Source: Chthoniobacteraceae bacterium
Lineage (GTDB): Bacteria; Verrucomicrobiota; Verrucomicrobiia; Chthoniobacterales; Chthoniobacteraceae
Length of the DNA: 36,824 nt
Assembly (NCBI GenBank): GCA_037190965.1
Contig: JBBCKI010000060.1
Location: 1 to 36,824 of the forward strand
Direction: 5' to 3'
The translations under genes were made by a program, and so were the position numbers. The notes below the pieces were generated by a model, which did not search any database, was not told where the DNA came from, and saw only the letters and a list, made by a program, of their open reading frames with translations. Shown here piece after piece: positions 16,805-25,626 of the stretch; position 1 is the first letter of the stretch, and each line of letters begins with the position of its first letter.

Positions 16805-18064
16805 TCAAACCTCCCTCTCGCTCTTCCTCCCGGTAATCAACCGCGCCCCTCTATAGTAATTCAGATAACTCCAGGCCCATTGCAGAAAGACCAGAACACG
16901 GTTGCGGAAGCCGATCAGGAAAATGAGGTGAACGAAAAGCCAGGCTAGCCAGGCCGGGTACCCGTTGATGCGGAACCCCCGGATATCCGCGACGGCTGCG
17001 TGGCGGCCGATGGTCGCCATGGAGCCCTTGTCGAGGTAGCGAAACGGCGTCATCGGCTCGCCCTTGATGCCGGCGAGGATATTCCGGGCGGCATGCCTCC
17101 CTTGCTGCATCGCCACGGGCGAAACACCCGGGAGCGGCTTGCCTCCCTGATGGGTGAAGCTGGAGAGATCGCCGATCACGAAAAGATTTGGATGCCCCGG
17201 CACCGTCAACTCGGGGGTGATGCTCACGCGACCGGCGCGGTCGGTTTCCCCTCCGAGTTGCTTGCCAAGCGGCGACGCCGCGTTCCCCGCCGCCCAGACG
17301 ACAGTGCTGCTTGGGATGAACTCGTTCTCAAGCTGCACCCCGTCCGGCGTGACTCCTTTAACACCCACGCCTGTGCGAACTTCGATGCCGATCCGGTGGA
17401 GTTGCTCCAGCGCCTTGGCCGAAAGCGTTTCGTCGAAGGTGGGGAGGACACGCGGGGCGGCATCAATCAGGATCACCCGAGCCTGGCTCGGGTCGATGCG
17501 CCGGAAGTCCTGCACCATGGTATAGCGTGCCACCTCGCCGATGGAGCCGGCCATCTCGACACCGGTCGGGCCCGCGCCAATAATCACAAAAGTCAGCGCT
17601 TTGCGGCGTTCCTCGGGGTCGTCGCTTTTTTCAGCCCGTTCGAAGGCAAGAAGCAACCTGTCGCGAATGTTCAAGGCATCATCGATGCTCTTGAGCCCGG
17701 GCGCGTCTTTTTCCCATTCAGGATGGCCGAAGTAAGAGTGCCGCGCCCCGGTGGCGAGGATGAGATAGTCGTAAGGATACCGGCGATCGGTCGCGATGAT
17801 CTCCTGAGCCGCCGGGTCGATACGGACCACCTCGTCCAACTCCACGGTGATGTTCTTTGCGTCGCGAAGAATGTGCCGGATCGGCTGCGCGATCTGCTCG
17901 GGCGAGAGCGCCGCAGTCGCCACCTGATAGAGCAGCGGCTGGAAGAGGTGATGATTGGCCCGGTCGATAACGGTGACTTGCACGTCGGCATCAGCCAGCG
18001 CCTTGGCGGCCGCCAGCCCGCCAAACCCGGCCCCGACAATCACAATTCGAGGTTGCTCTTTCAT
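16805..18064 (-). CDS. ndh: Type II NADH dehydrogenase (NDH-2)
   Basis: GAGFGG, HLFQPLLYQVAT, GAGPTGVEMAG, AMQQG and YLDKGSMATIGR motifs. Confidence 0.94.
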   Translation of the reverse strand: MKEQPRIVIVGAGFGGLAAAKALADADVQVTVIDRANHHLFQPLLYQVATAALSPEQIAQPIRHILRDAKNITVELDEVVRIDPAAQEIIATDRRYPYDYLILATGARHSYFGHPEWEKDAPGLKSIDDALNIRDRLLLAFERAEKSDDPEERRKALTFVIIGAGPTGVEMAGSIGEVARYTMVQDFRRIDPSQARVILIDAAPRVLPTFDETLSAKALEQLHRIGIEVRTGVGVKGVTPDGVQLENEFIPSSTVVWAAGNAASPLGKQLGGETDRAGRVSITPELTVPGHPNLFVIGDLSSFTHQGGKPLPGVSPVAMQQGRHAARNILAGIKGEPMTPFRYLDKGSMATIGRHAAVADIRGFRINGYPAWLAWLFVHLIFLIGFRNRVLVFLQWAWSYLNYYRGARLITGRKSEREV

Positions 18065-18097
18065 GCGATCTTAACCAGTACCTTAGACTCACTCGCC

Positions 18098-18502
18098 TCA
18101 GGTTACGATGCAATTTCTTCGCAAGATCCGATCCAAAGCAATTCCCGCTCCAACACCGATGGCATAAGCAATCAGGTCACCCCATCCAAACGTCGATCCG
18201 AGGACGAGATGTCCCAGCGTTGTCCCACGAATCCCCTTGATCCACGGCGCTTGATAAAGCTGCGCGAATTCGACGGCGTAGGAGGTGGCAAGGGCGAACA
18301 ATGCCAGACAAAGCGTCGAGGCCCGGGGGCGGATAAAAGCCCAGCCGAAAAAGACCATCAAAGCCCACAGGGCATCCCCGGGGTATTTCCCCAGGAACGC
18401 CGGGAAGAGAAAGGGAAACTTTCGGGAAGCCAGCCCGAGAACGATCACTCCCGCAATCGAGGCACTAAGCCAAAGCCGATTGCGGGGGTGATGAGTAGAC
18501 AT
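18098..18502 (-). CDS. DUF2809 family membrane protein
   Basis: GDALWALMVF, VEFAQLYQAPWI and LGHLVLGSTFGWGDLIAY motifs. Confidence 0.85.
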   Translation of the reverse strand: MSTHHPRNRLWLSASIAGVIVLGLASRKFPFLFPAFLGKYPGDALWALMVFFGWAFIRPRASTLCLALFALATSYAVEFAQLYQAPWIKGIRGTTLGHLVLGSTFGWGDLIAYAIGVGAGIALDRILRRNCIVT

Positions 18503-18513
18503 CACTGAGTCGA

Positions 18514-18954
18514 TCAAAGATCGGCAGGGTTCCATACTTTTTCAAAGCCGAAGCCTTGAAAATGATTCACGTTGGCCGTGGCAAAATGGCTTACACCGTG
18601 GTGACGGAGAGTAAGGGCGAGGCGGGCGTCGATAATGTGGCGGAAGCCTGTTTTGGATCTGGCGGCCCACGACCAGAGGGACGGCGTCACGTCAGGTTCA
18701 TAGTCGCCATATTCCCATGTGGGATTGGACCTCAAAATATCGCAAAAGGCGACGGCTTCCTTCGCTGTCCGAGGTTTCCTAAAAACCGCCGGATTGCGGA
18801 GCTGCATGTAGATCTCCACCAGAACCAGACCGCACAGGAAGAATCGCCGTTCTCCCTTGGGTTCGGGTGAAAAAAAACGTTGGGCAGCAGCATGGTGCGG
18901 CGAGTCAGGGTTTGCCGCATAGAGAAAAAGATTTGTATCGGCGGAAAGAATCAT
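18514..18954 (-). CDS. vapC: VapC-type PIN-domain toxin
   Basis: DTNLFLYA, LVE, IIDA and TANVNHF PIN motifs; 4-bp overlap with the antitoxin. Confidence 0.88.
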   Translation of the reverse strand: MILSADTNLFLYAANPDSPHHAAAQRFFSPEPKGERRFFLCGLVLVEIYMQLRNPAVFRKPRTAKEAVAFCDILRSNPTWEYGDYEPDVTPSLWSWAARSKTGFRHIIDARLALTLRHHGVSHFATANVNHFQGFGFEKVWNPADL

Positions 18955-19202
18955 GCGTTGGATCTTTCCACGATAGCGTCAACTTCGGGCTGAAGCGTGG
19001 CGGGATCGACGAGAAAATCCCCCCGGCAGTCGAGGACGGGAAATCGCCAGACCGACTGCGGCTTTGGATCCTCGGGAAAGCGGCTGACAAAATGCTCAGC
19101 CGCCTTGCGCATCACTTCCGAAAGCGACCAGTCCTGACGCTCGGCAATCTCTTTGAGCCGCTGGTAAAGCGGATCGGGAAACTGAATCTGCGTGCGTGTC
19201 AT
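18951..19202 (-). CDS. vapB: Ribbon-helix-helix antitoxin (VapB/CopG-like)
   Basis: MTRTQIQFPDPLYQRLKEIA...SLSEVMRKA RHH pattern; acidic tail; directly upstream of the PIN gene. Confidence 0.82.
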   Translation of the reverse strand: MTRTQIQFPDPLYQRLKEIAERQDWSLSEVMRKAAEHFVSRFPEDPKPQSVWRFPVLDCRGDFLVDPATLQPEVDAIVERSNA

Positions 19203-19238
19203 GATGTCTTTTATACATCATTTTTGTCGCGATGTCAA
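19201..19238 (-). promoter_or_regulatory. vapBC sigma70 promoter with overlapping palindromic operator
   Basis: Minus strand TTGACA (19238-19233)-17 nt-TATAAA (19215-19210)-7 nt-ATG; inverted repeat ATGATGT-N7-ACATCAT (19201-19221) spans the -10. Confidence 0.8.
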
Positions 19239-19264
19239 TTTCCCCCCATCTTGAACCCGGGCGT

Positions 19265-19942
19265 CTACTCAGCCACGTCAGCCAGCACCACTTCTGCCGA
19301 AATCAACCGTAGCGTTTTGAGCGTCTCCGGGTCTTTGTGATAACGCTTGATCCCGCTCTCCTTGAGCGCGGTGGCGGGTACGTTGGAGATGAACTCGGCG
19401 AATGATTTCTCCACCCCTTCGCGCTGCATGATCTGCCCCTTCTTCGACGCCCAGAATTCCTCCTCGATATTTGCCAGCGCCCGCGAGGCTTCATCGGGCC
19501 CCAGATTCTCACGACGAGCCAACACCCAGACCAACTCAGGGTCATCGGGCAACGCCACAGGGAATGGAACAAAGGGGGCTTCGGCTTCTTCCGCCTCTTC
19601 GGCAGAGATGATCTTGAGCTTGCTGGTCACCGTGCGATCCGGGAGCGTGATCTCAACGGCCACGGCTTTCTCCTCCTCCGGCTGCGGCGGCACGATGACA
19701 ACGCTCTCGGGACCGAAATTGCCCTCCAACTGGTCCTTCAATCCCGCCAGCGTCTCCGGCTCGGAATCGGGCAAGGACCCCTTCGCGCAAAACTTCTCGA
19801 AAGCCTCCAGACTCGTAATCAGGCGCACCTCCTTGGCCACCTGCTCGTAGATTTTGGCGGCAAGAATCGTGTCAGGCGTGGTCTGAGGGAGAACCTTTTC
19901 GAGAAGGGCGAGAAACTTGGCTTCGTTGAATCCTTTTTTCAT
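19265..19942 (-). CDS. Hypothetical acidic cytoplasmic protein
   Basis: 225-aa ORF with host-like codon usage, divergent from rarA; no recognisable family. Confidence 0.75.
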   Translation of the reverse strand: MKKGFNEAKFLALLEKVLPQTTPDTILAAKIYEQVAKEVRLITSLEAFEKFCAKGSLPDSEPETLAGLKDQLEGNFGPESVVIVPPQPEEEKAVAVEITLPDRTVTSKLKIISAEEAEEAEAPFVPFPVALPDDPELVWVLARRENLGPDEASRALANIEEEFWASKKGQIMQREGVEKSFAEFISNVPATALKESGIKRYHKDPETLKTLRLISAEVVLADVAE

Positions 19943-20046
19943 GGGCGTGTTTAAGAAATTTTTGGGGAGGGTTGTTGTAGAGCGTTTCCCATGCCGGGGC
20001 AAGCGAAGCTCTTTTATTCCTCAGAAAACCGGTCTAGCTTCCTCCA

Positions 20047-21408
20047 ATGGCAGACCTGTTCGAGACTGAAAACCGCGCGCCCCAAGGGAGCGTGAAGCCG
20101 CCGCCCGCATCCGCACCGTTGGCAGCCCGGATGCGGCCGGATTCGCTCGACGAGGTCATCGGCCAGGAGCACATCCTCGGGCAGGGCAAGTTGCTGCGCC
20201 GCGCCATTGAGGCCGACCGCATCTCCTCCATCCTTCTCTACGGCCCTCCCGGCGTGGGAAAAACGAGTCTCGCGCAGGTTATCGCGCGCTCCACGCAGTC
20301 CAAGTTCGAGCGCCTCAGCGGCGTGGAAAGCAGCGTGGCCGACATCCGCCGCGTGGTGGCCACCGCCACCAACCGCATCCAGACCTCGGGCCAGCGGACG
20401 ATTCTTTTCGTCGATGAAATCCACCGCTTCAACAAGGCGCAGCAGGACGTCCTCCTGCCCGACGTCGAGAGCGGCGTGTTGCGGCTCATCGGTGCCACCA
20501 CGGAGAACCCTTTTTTCTACGTTAACAGCCCGCTGGTCTCCCGTTCACAAGTGTTCCAATTGGAACCGATCCTGCCGGAACACCTTTGCGAGCTGATGCG
20601 CCGAGCGCTACGCGATCCGGAGCGCGGCCTCGGCAAATTCAACGTCAAGGCGGATGACGACGCGCTTCTTCACCTCGCCGTCACCAGCGACGGTGACGCG
20701 CGCAAATGTCTCAACGCCCTGGAAGTCGGCGTCCTTACCACATTGCCGGACGCGTCAGGGGTAGTCCACCTGACGATGGGCGTTGCCGAAGAGAGCATCC
20801 AACGCAAGGCGGTCGTTTACGACGGCGATGGCGACCAGCATTACGACACGATCAGCGCCTTCATCAAGAGCATGCGCGGAGGCGATCCCGACGCCACCAC
20901 TTACTGGCTGGCGAAGATGCTTTACGCGGGGGAAGACATCCGCTTCATCGCACGGCGCATCGTCATCTGCGCGAGCGAAGATGTCGGCATGGCTGATCCG
21001 CAGGCGCTTACGCTGGCAGTCGCCGCGCAACAGGCGGTGCAATTCATCGGGATGCCCGAGGCGCGGATTCCCCTCGCCCATGCCGCGATTTATGTCGCCA
21101 CGGCCCCCAAGAGCAATCGCGCCTACGCCGCCATCAATGCCGCTCTGGATGACGTGAAGAAAGGCGTCACCCTTCCCGTCCCCCGGCATTTGCGGGATAG
21201 CCACTACAAAGGGGCATCCACACTGGGTCACGGCGAGGGTTATAAATACGCCCATGATTACGAGGGCGGCTATGTCCCTCAAGCGTACCTGCCCGAAGGC
21301 AAGGTCTACTACCAACCCACCGAGAACGGCATGGAACGACGCGTCAAGGAGCGCCTGGAGTATTGGCGCTCCCTTTACGAAGCATCGCAGAAAAAGGAGG
21401 CGTCGTAA
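20047..21408 (+). CDS. rarA: Replication-associated recombination protein A (RarA/MgsA AAA+ ATPase)
   Basis: PLAARMRP, GPPGVGKT, DEIHRFNKAQQD, IGATTENP, HYDTISAFIKSMRG and GYKYAHDY motifs. Confidence 0.96.
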   Translation: MADLFETENRAPQGSVKPPPASAPLAARMRPDSLDEVIGQEHILGQGKLLRRAIEADRISSILLYGPPGVGKTSLAQVIARSTQSKFERLSGVESSVADIRRVVATATNRIQTSGQRTILFVDEIHRFNKAQQDVLLPDVESGVLRLIGATTENPFFYVNSPLVSRSQVFQLEPILPEHLCELMRRALRDPERGLGKFNVKADDDALLHLAVTSDGDARKCLNALEVGVLTTLPDASGVVHLTMGVAEESIQRKAVVYDGDGDQHYDTISAFIKSMRGGDPDATTYWLAKMLYAGEDIRFIARRIVICASEDVGMADPQALTLAVAAQQAVQFIGMPEARIPLAHAAIYVATAPKSNRAYAAINAALDDVKKGVTLPVPRHLRDSHYKGASTLGHGEGYKYAHDYEGGYVPQAYLPEGKVYYQPTENGMERRVKERLEYWRSLYEASQKKEAS

Positions 21409-21417
21409 CGCCTCCTT
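21391..21417. terminator. Intrinsic terminator hairpin between convergent genes
   Basis: AAGGAGGCGT-cgta-ACGCCTCCTT perfect 10-bp stem; the A-run on its left gives a U-tail on the minus strand. Confidence 0.65.
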
Positions 21418-21441
21418 CCGGGGTAGCATTTTTGCTGCAAT

Positions 21442-22632
21442 CTATCGAAGCGTAACTGCCGAAGGATCGATCCCCGCCTGGCTCCACATTGCACGAAGAT
21501 CGGTCACGCACCGGTTGTCCGCCGCCGCATCGATGCCAAAGGCGGCGATGGCGGAATAGATCCCTTCGTTGACGCCCGCAAGCGGTGCCTCTCCATGAAC
21601 CAGGGAGCGCACCAGGGCTTCCGCCATGAAGCTGTCTCCACCGCCGTGGCCATCGCGCGAGTTGGTGTCGATTTTTTCCACCTGCGTTTCCCAGCCGATT
21701 CTCTGCACCTCCAGCGTGCCTGTCAGCAGATCGGCCCGCAGCGTGCCTTCCGTACCGCAAATGTAGAAACGACGCTCGGCGATCGCAGTATTGCAGTTTG
21801 TGTGGAATGTCCCCCTGACTCCATTGGCGTACTGCAAAATTGCCACCTGGTTGTCGAAAATATCCGCGCCTCCGTTAAACGGGCTGACCTGATTAGGGTC
21901 GGGCCAAGCGCTGTAAGCTTTGGAGCCCTTCTTATCCGGACCGATTCTGGTGACATGGCCCTCGTTGGCCGGAGTAAAAAAGTCACGTCCTCCAAAACTC
22001 GCGGCCTGAACAGGCAACGAGTTGATGATCCAGTTGGCCAGATCAATGTCATGACAGCATTTTTCAAGGAGATGCGTTCCGGCATTTTCCCGCAAGCGAC
22101 GCCAGTTACCGAAGATATAGCCGCCGTGGTTAAAGCCCAGCGTCTCATTGAACTCAAATGAAACGATCCGACCGATGACCCCGGAGCTGAGTTGCTCCAC
22201 GATGCGCTGATAATGATTTGAATAACGAAGGACGAGTCCAAACGAAAATACCTTGCCGGAACGCTTCACTGCTTCGCGGATCGCCAGGCAATCCTCCAGG
22301 CTGGTAGCCAGCGGCTTTTCGCAAAAAACGTTCTTCCCGGCATCGAGCGCCATAATCGCCTGCCGCGCGTGGTCGCGATTCCATGAACCGACAAACACCC
22401 AGTCGATTTCGGGGTCGTTGACCAGAGCCGCTTCGTTTTCCGCGATCCGGTAGTCGTACCCCAGTTTCTCGCGAAGCGCCTGGTGCGATCCGGCGCTCGG
22501 GTCGAAAACGGCCGCCACACGGACGCGGTTCTCGGTGTCTGCCTGGAGGATGTTCTGAACGATGTACCGCAGCCGGCCCCCTACCCCGATGAGACCGATG
22601 TTGATCGTTTTGGCTGATGGCATTGAACTCAT
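21442..22632 (-). CDS. Gfo/Idh/MocA family oxidoreductase
   Basis: IGLIGVGGR, VFCEKPLA and LLEKCCHDID motifs; start 22632 or 22623. Confidence 0.92.
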   Translation of the reverse strand: MSSMPSAKTINIGLIGVGGRLRYIVQNILQADTENRVRVAAVFDPSAGSHQALREKLGYDYRIAENEAALVNDPEIDWVFVGSWNRDHARQAIMALDAGKNVFCEKPLATSLEDCLAIREAVKRSGKVFSFGLVLRYSNHYQRIVEQLSSGVIGRIVSFEFNETLGFNHGGYIFGNWRRLRENAGTHLLEKCCHDIDLANWIINSLPVQAASFGGRDFFTPANEGHVTRIGPDKKGSKAYSAWPDPNQVSPFNGGADIFDNQVAILQYANGVRGTFHTNCNTAIAERRFYICGTEGTLRADLLTGTLEVQRIGWETQVEKIDTNSRDGHGGGDSFMAEALVRSLVHGEAPLAGVNEGIYSAIAAFGIDAAADNRCVTDLRAMWSQAGIDPSAVTLR

Positions 22633-22700
22633 GGCTGCTTGTATCCCACAATCTGGTGGGTTAAAAAATAGGTGTTCCGATTTTATTTTTAACAAATTCG

Positions 22701-23582
22701 ATGAAGCCACCGTCTGCCAATGACGATCTCACTCTTCTTGCCCTAAGCATTGTAGCGCCCGTTGACTATCTTACCGGAGTGGGTGCCCCGCGCGGCCCAC
22801 TGCCGGGGAGTATCTTGTCGTTCACCCGTAGCCGACGGACGGAGCTCTCCTTATCTCACGAACACACTCAGCACCACCGGTGCGTTCTTGTTACCGCGCT
22901 CCGGGGCTCCGGGGTGATCTGTGTTGACGCCGATAACGTTTGGCTCCGGGAGGGAGAATCACTCTTGATTTTTCCCTTCCAGTTTCACTCGTACATGAAC
23001 CTGGAACTCGAAAAGCTCTGCTTCAACTTTGTTACCTTTGAAATGGCTTCCCCCAGCGAGCTTGAGCCGTTGGAACCGCTCCGCGCGGCCCCGCGTTCGC
23101 TCGGGCCAATGGAAGCGGCTCTTCTACGGGAAGTCCTTCACGCCTGGAAGAACGACCCCCATCAATCCCTGCTCCCATTTCACCTCGGGCTTTTGTTAAG
23201 ACGCCTGGCCGCTTCGAAGTCGTTGGAGAAGAGACCCGTTATCAAGAACTTGGGCGCGGACCTTTTTGCTCGCGTGAATCAATACGTCCAGCCGAGGCTC
23301 GCACAGCCGATCACGCTTGCGGAACTGGGGCGAGCGCTTGGCCAATCGGAAAGCCATCTTCGCGCCCGTTTCCGCGCCTTGACCGGCATTTCGCTGGGGA
23401 GCCATCTTCGCGCCTTGCGAATTCAGAAAGCATGCAATCTCCTTCACTCCACCGCCCTGCCGATTGGAACCGTCGCAGAGCAGTGCGGGTTTGAGTCGGT
23501 CTACTCCTTCAGCAGGACATTCAAAATAGCCCGCGGCATTTCGCCGCGAGCCTACCGGCAGGGGCTTCTGCGGTCACCATGA
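22701..23582 (+). CDS. AraC family transcriptional regulator
   Basis: Cupin-like N-terminus; C-terminal double HTH ending VAEQCGFESVYSFSRTFK...GISPRAYR. Confidence 0.93.
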   Translation: MKPPSANDDLTLLALSIVAPVDYLTGVGAPRGPLPGSILSFTRSRRTELSLSHEHTQHHRCVLVTALRGSGVICVDADNVWLREGESLLIFPFQFHSYMNLELEKLCFNFVTFEMASPSELEPLEPLRAAPRSLGPMEAALLREVLHAWKNDPHQSLLPFHLGLLLRRLAASKSLEKRPVIKNLGADLFARVNQYVQPRLAQPITLAELGRALGQSESHLRARFRALTGISLGSHLRALRIQKACNLLHSTALPIGTVAEQCGFESVYSFSRTFKIARGISPRAYRQGLLRSP

Positions 23583-23597
23583 TCCCGTTGCGCCCCA

Positions 23598-25121
23598 CTA
23601 TGGCCGCACCGGAGCCGGGGAAGCAACCGGCGTCGACGTCGGCATCGGAGTTGAGATGACCGTTGGCGCAGGTGCGGGCGAGATCGCGGGGCTCGGGGAG
23701 GGCAGCGGAGAGCCCGCAGGGGAAGGAGAACCGAGGTCGGGCGTCGCCCCCGGGGAAGGAGAAGGCCCGGGGGACGGGGACGGGGACGGGGACGGGGACG
23801 GAGAGGGCGTTGGGGTCGGCGTAGGAGTCGGAGTCGGCGTAGGAAGAGGCCGCCAGGTCTTTTCCCAGGCATAAAGCGTACCGCCGTGCCCGCCGATCTC
23901 GCCAAGCAACTCCTTCACTCGGGCATGCCAACGGTCAAGATCCGGCAACGCAAAAGGTTTGTCCGCGCTATTGGGAAAGACCAGATAAGTCACCTTGAGA
24001 TGGCTCACGGGGCGGCTGTAAGCCGTCGAGCGCGCATTAAGTTGCTTGCATATCCGCACCGAAGCCTCGCCCACTTTCTGGCTTGGCCCGGCATCTCCCA
24101 CAATGGCGGGGTAAAGCACGTCATCGTAAATCACGACACAATAGTCGCCGATTTTCGGGGAGAACACCGGGTCCTTCTCGCTGAACATGAATCCCGGAAG
24201 AACGATATACGGGTCGGTTTCCGAAAGAAGAAAGCTGTGCGATTTCATCCGGTTCACCTCATACCGGGCCGCTCCAATCGTGTCGCGCATCGCCTGGAGC
24301 CGGGAGGCGCCAACTCCCTTTGTCTTGGTCAGCTCTGCCAGTTCCTTTTCCAACGCCCGCAGTTTAGTCTCTTTGGCAGCAAGAAATGGGTTTGGGTTAT
24401 CCGTCGTTTTAGGCCACCCATAGCTGGTCATCGGCGGGAAATAAGTGTCGGCTCCGTCCGGATTCGGAAGACGGTCGCCGTCGGACCCGTCGGTATCGAC
24501 ATCCATGTCGCCCTGCAACAGGAGCGCCGCGCGCTCCGTATTGGGATCGCGCAGATGAAGGATCGTCTCGCAATCGAAAAAATCATGCCGGGAAAGCAGG
24601 GCGTCGAGCCGCACCAGATTCCGCTCCAGCCCCGCCAGCTTCCTTCCATAGAGCGCTTCATAGCTCGGCGCCACCTCGGCGGTGGAGAGAAGATTTGAAA
24701 GCCCCGGGAGAACCGCCGGCAGCGCGCTGTTGAGTTTGCTCAACTCTTCAAGGTCCTGGTTCGCACGCGGCACCTTGACCTTCACGGTCACCTCCACCTC
24801 GTAACTGGAGGGGATCTCGCGCTCGCGAGACGAGATCGTGCCCGCTTCGCTTTCAAGCACCGTGCTCACCTTCATCCCGTTGAAAAGCTTCGCGGTTTCC
24901 ATCCGCTTTCGAGGGATGTAAATCGGAGTAGGCGACGGTGTCGGCGTTACTGTTGGCTTGGCCGTCGGCTGGGAAGCGGTCGGTGTGGGGGTGGGAGAAA
25001 CCGTTCCCTTTTCTGCGGCGGGGCGTTTGCAGCCGAAGAGAATCATCCCCATGGCCCCCAGTCCCGCAAGCCCTGCGGCAGTCAGGAAGAGAGTGGCTGA
25101 TCTGGAGGGCTGGGGAGACAT
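23598..25121 (-). CDS. GH75 (chitosanase-like) domain lipoprotein with Pro-rich linker and tail
   Basis: Hydrophobic leader + ILFGC lipobox; DMDVDTDG, PYIVLP, GDYCVV and AIVGDAGPSQKVGEAS motifs; PT/PS repeats at both ends. Confidence 0.78.
   Translation of the reverse strand: MSPQPSRSATLFLTAAGLAGLGAMGMILFGCKRPAAEKGTVSPTPTPTASQPTAKPTVTPTPSPTPIYIPRKRMETAKLFNGMKVSTVLESEAGTISSREREIPSSYEVEVTVKVKVPRANQDLEELSKLNSALPAVLPGLSNLLSTAEVAPSYEALYGRKLAGLERNLVRLDALLSRHDFFDCETILHLRDPNTERAALLLQGDMDVDTDGSDGDRLPNPDGADTYFPPMTSYGWPKTTDNPNPFLAAKETKLRALEKELAELTKTKGVGASRLQAMRDTIGAARYEVNRMKSHSFLLSETDPYIVLPGFMFSEKDPVFSPKIGDYCVVIYDDVLYPAIVGDAGPSQKVGEASVRICKQLNARSTAYSRPVSHLKVTYLVFPNSADKPFALPDLDRWHARVKELLGEIGGHGGTLYAWEKTWRPLPTPTPTPTPTPTPSPSPSPSPSPSPGPSPSPGATPDLGSPSPAGSPLPSPSPAISPAPAPTVISTPMPTSTPVASPAPVRP
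23770..23799. repeat. (GGGGAC)5 coding microsatellite encoding Ser-Pro repeats
   Basis: Five exact hexamer copies inside the Pro-rich tail. Confidence 0.9.
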
Positions 25122-25161
25122 CGCGTTTTCACATCGCTCGGAGCAAGCGAGCTTGCAACCG

Positions 25162-25485
25162 CTACTTTTTCGCAAACGAAATCAGCGTGAGGATCAAACT
25201 CGCCGCGCTGAGAATCGCCATAATGATAGAATGAATCGGCGCTCGATTGAGCATCACCTTGGGAATAAATTGCCCGGCCAGCGCCACGCTCACCAGAAGG
25301 CCGAGCATTAACCCGATATTGGTCCTTCCAGCCATGATGACAATGCTGGAAACAACAAGAAGCAACCCCGTCGAGCCCCCCGCGATCAGCGAGGCGCGGC
25401 TCTTCGCTTTCACAAAGCCGATGACTCCCCCGAGAATCGTCAGGATTCCAAAAACGAGGTAGTAGATTTTAGTGACGTCAATCAT
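25162..25485 (-). CDS. TMEM14 family small membrane protein
   Basis: GILTILGGVIGFVKAKSRASLIAG signature; ~4 hydrophobic helices. Confidence 0.85.
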   Translation of the reverse strand: MIDVTKIYYLVFGILTILGGVIGFVKAKSRASLIAGGSTGLLLVVSSIVIMAGRTNIGLMLGLLVSVALAGQFIPKVMLNRAPIHSIIMAILSAASLILTLISFAKK

Positions 25486-25584
25486 CCCCCGCGTGATAGG
25501 CGAAAGGTTCCCCCCTGTCACTTAAATATGGCCAAAAAGAGCATAGGCACGATTCGGATTGATGCGAATTGATCGGTTGACTTT

Positions 25585-25623
25585 GATACTATATTTACAG
25601 TAGATACTGCATTCACAGTATCT
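25585..25623. promoter_or_regulatory. Tandem palindromic operator for the BlaI-family repressor
   Basis: Adjacent 18-mers GATACTATATTTACAGTA and GATACTGCATTCACAGTA (15/18 identical). The second forms AGATACTG-N6-CAGTATCT. TTGACT is at 25577-25582 and the ATG at 25627. Confidence 0.75.
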
Positions 25624-25626
25624 CTT

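Noticed and set aside
17000..18508. 502-aa plus-strand ORF
   Set aside because: Antisense shadow of ndh/DUF2809; Arg-rich and motif-free, as expected in high-GC DNA.
19978..19987. TAGAGCGTTT also present at 4971-4980
   Set aside because: A 10-mer match that does not extend; compatible with chance.
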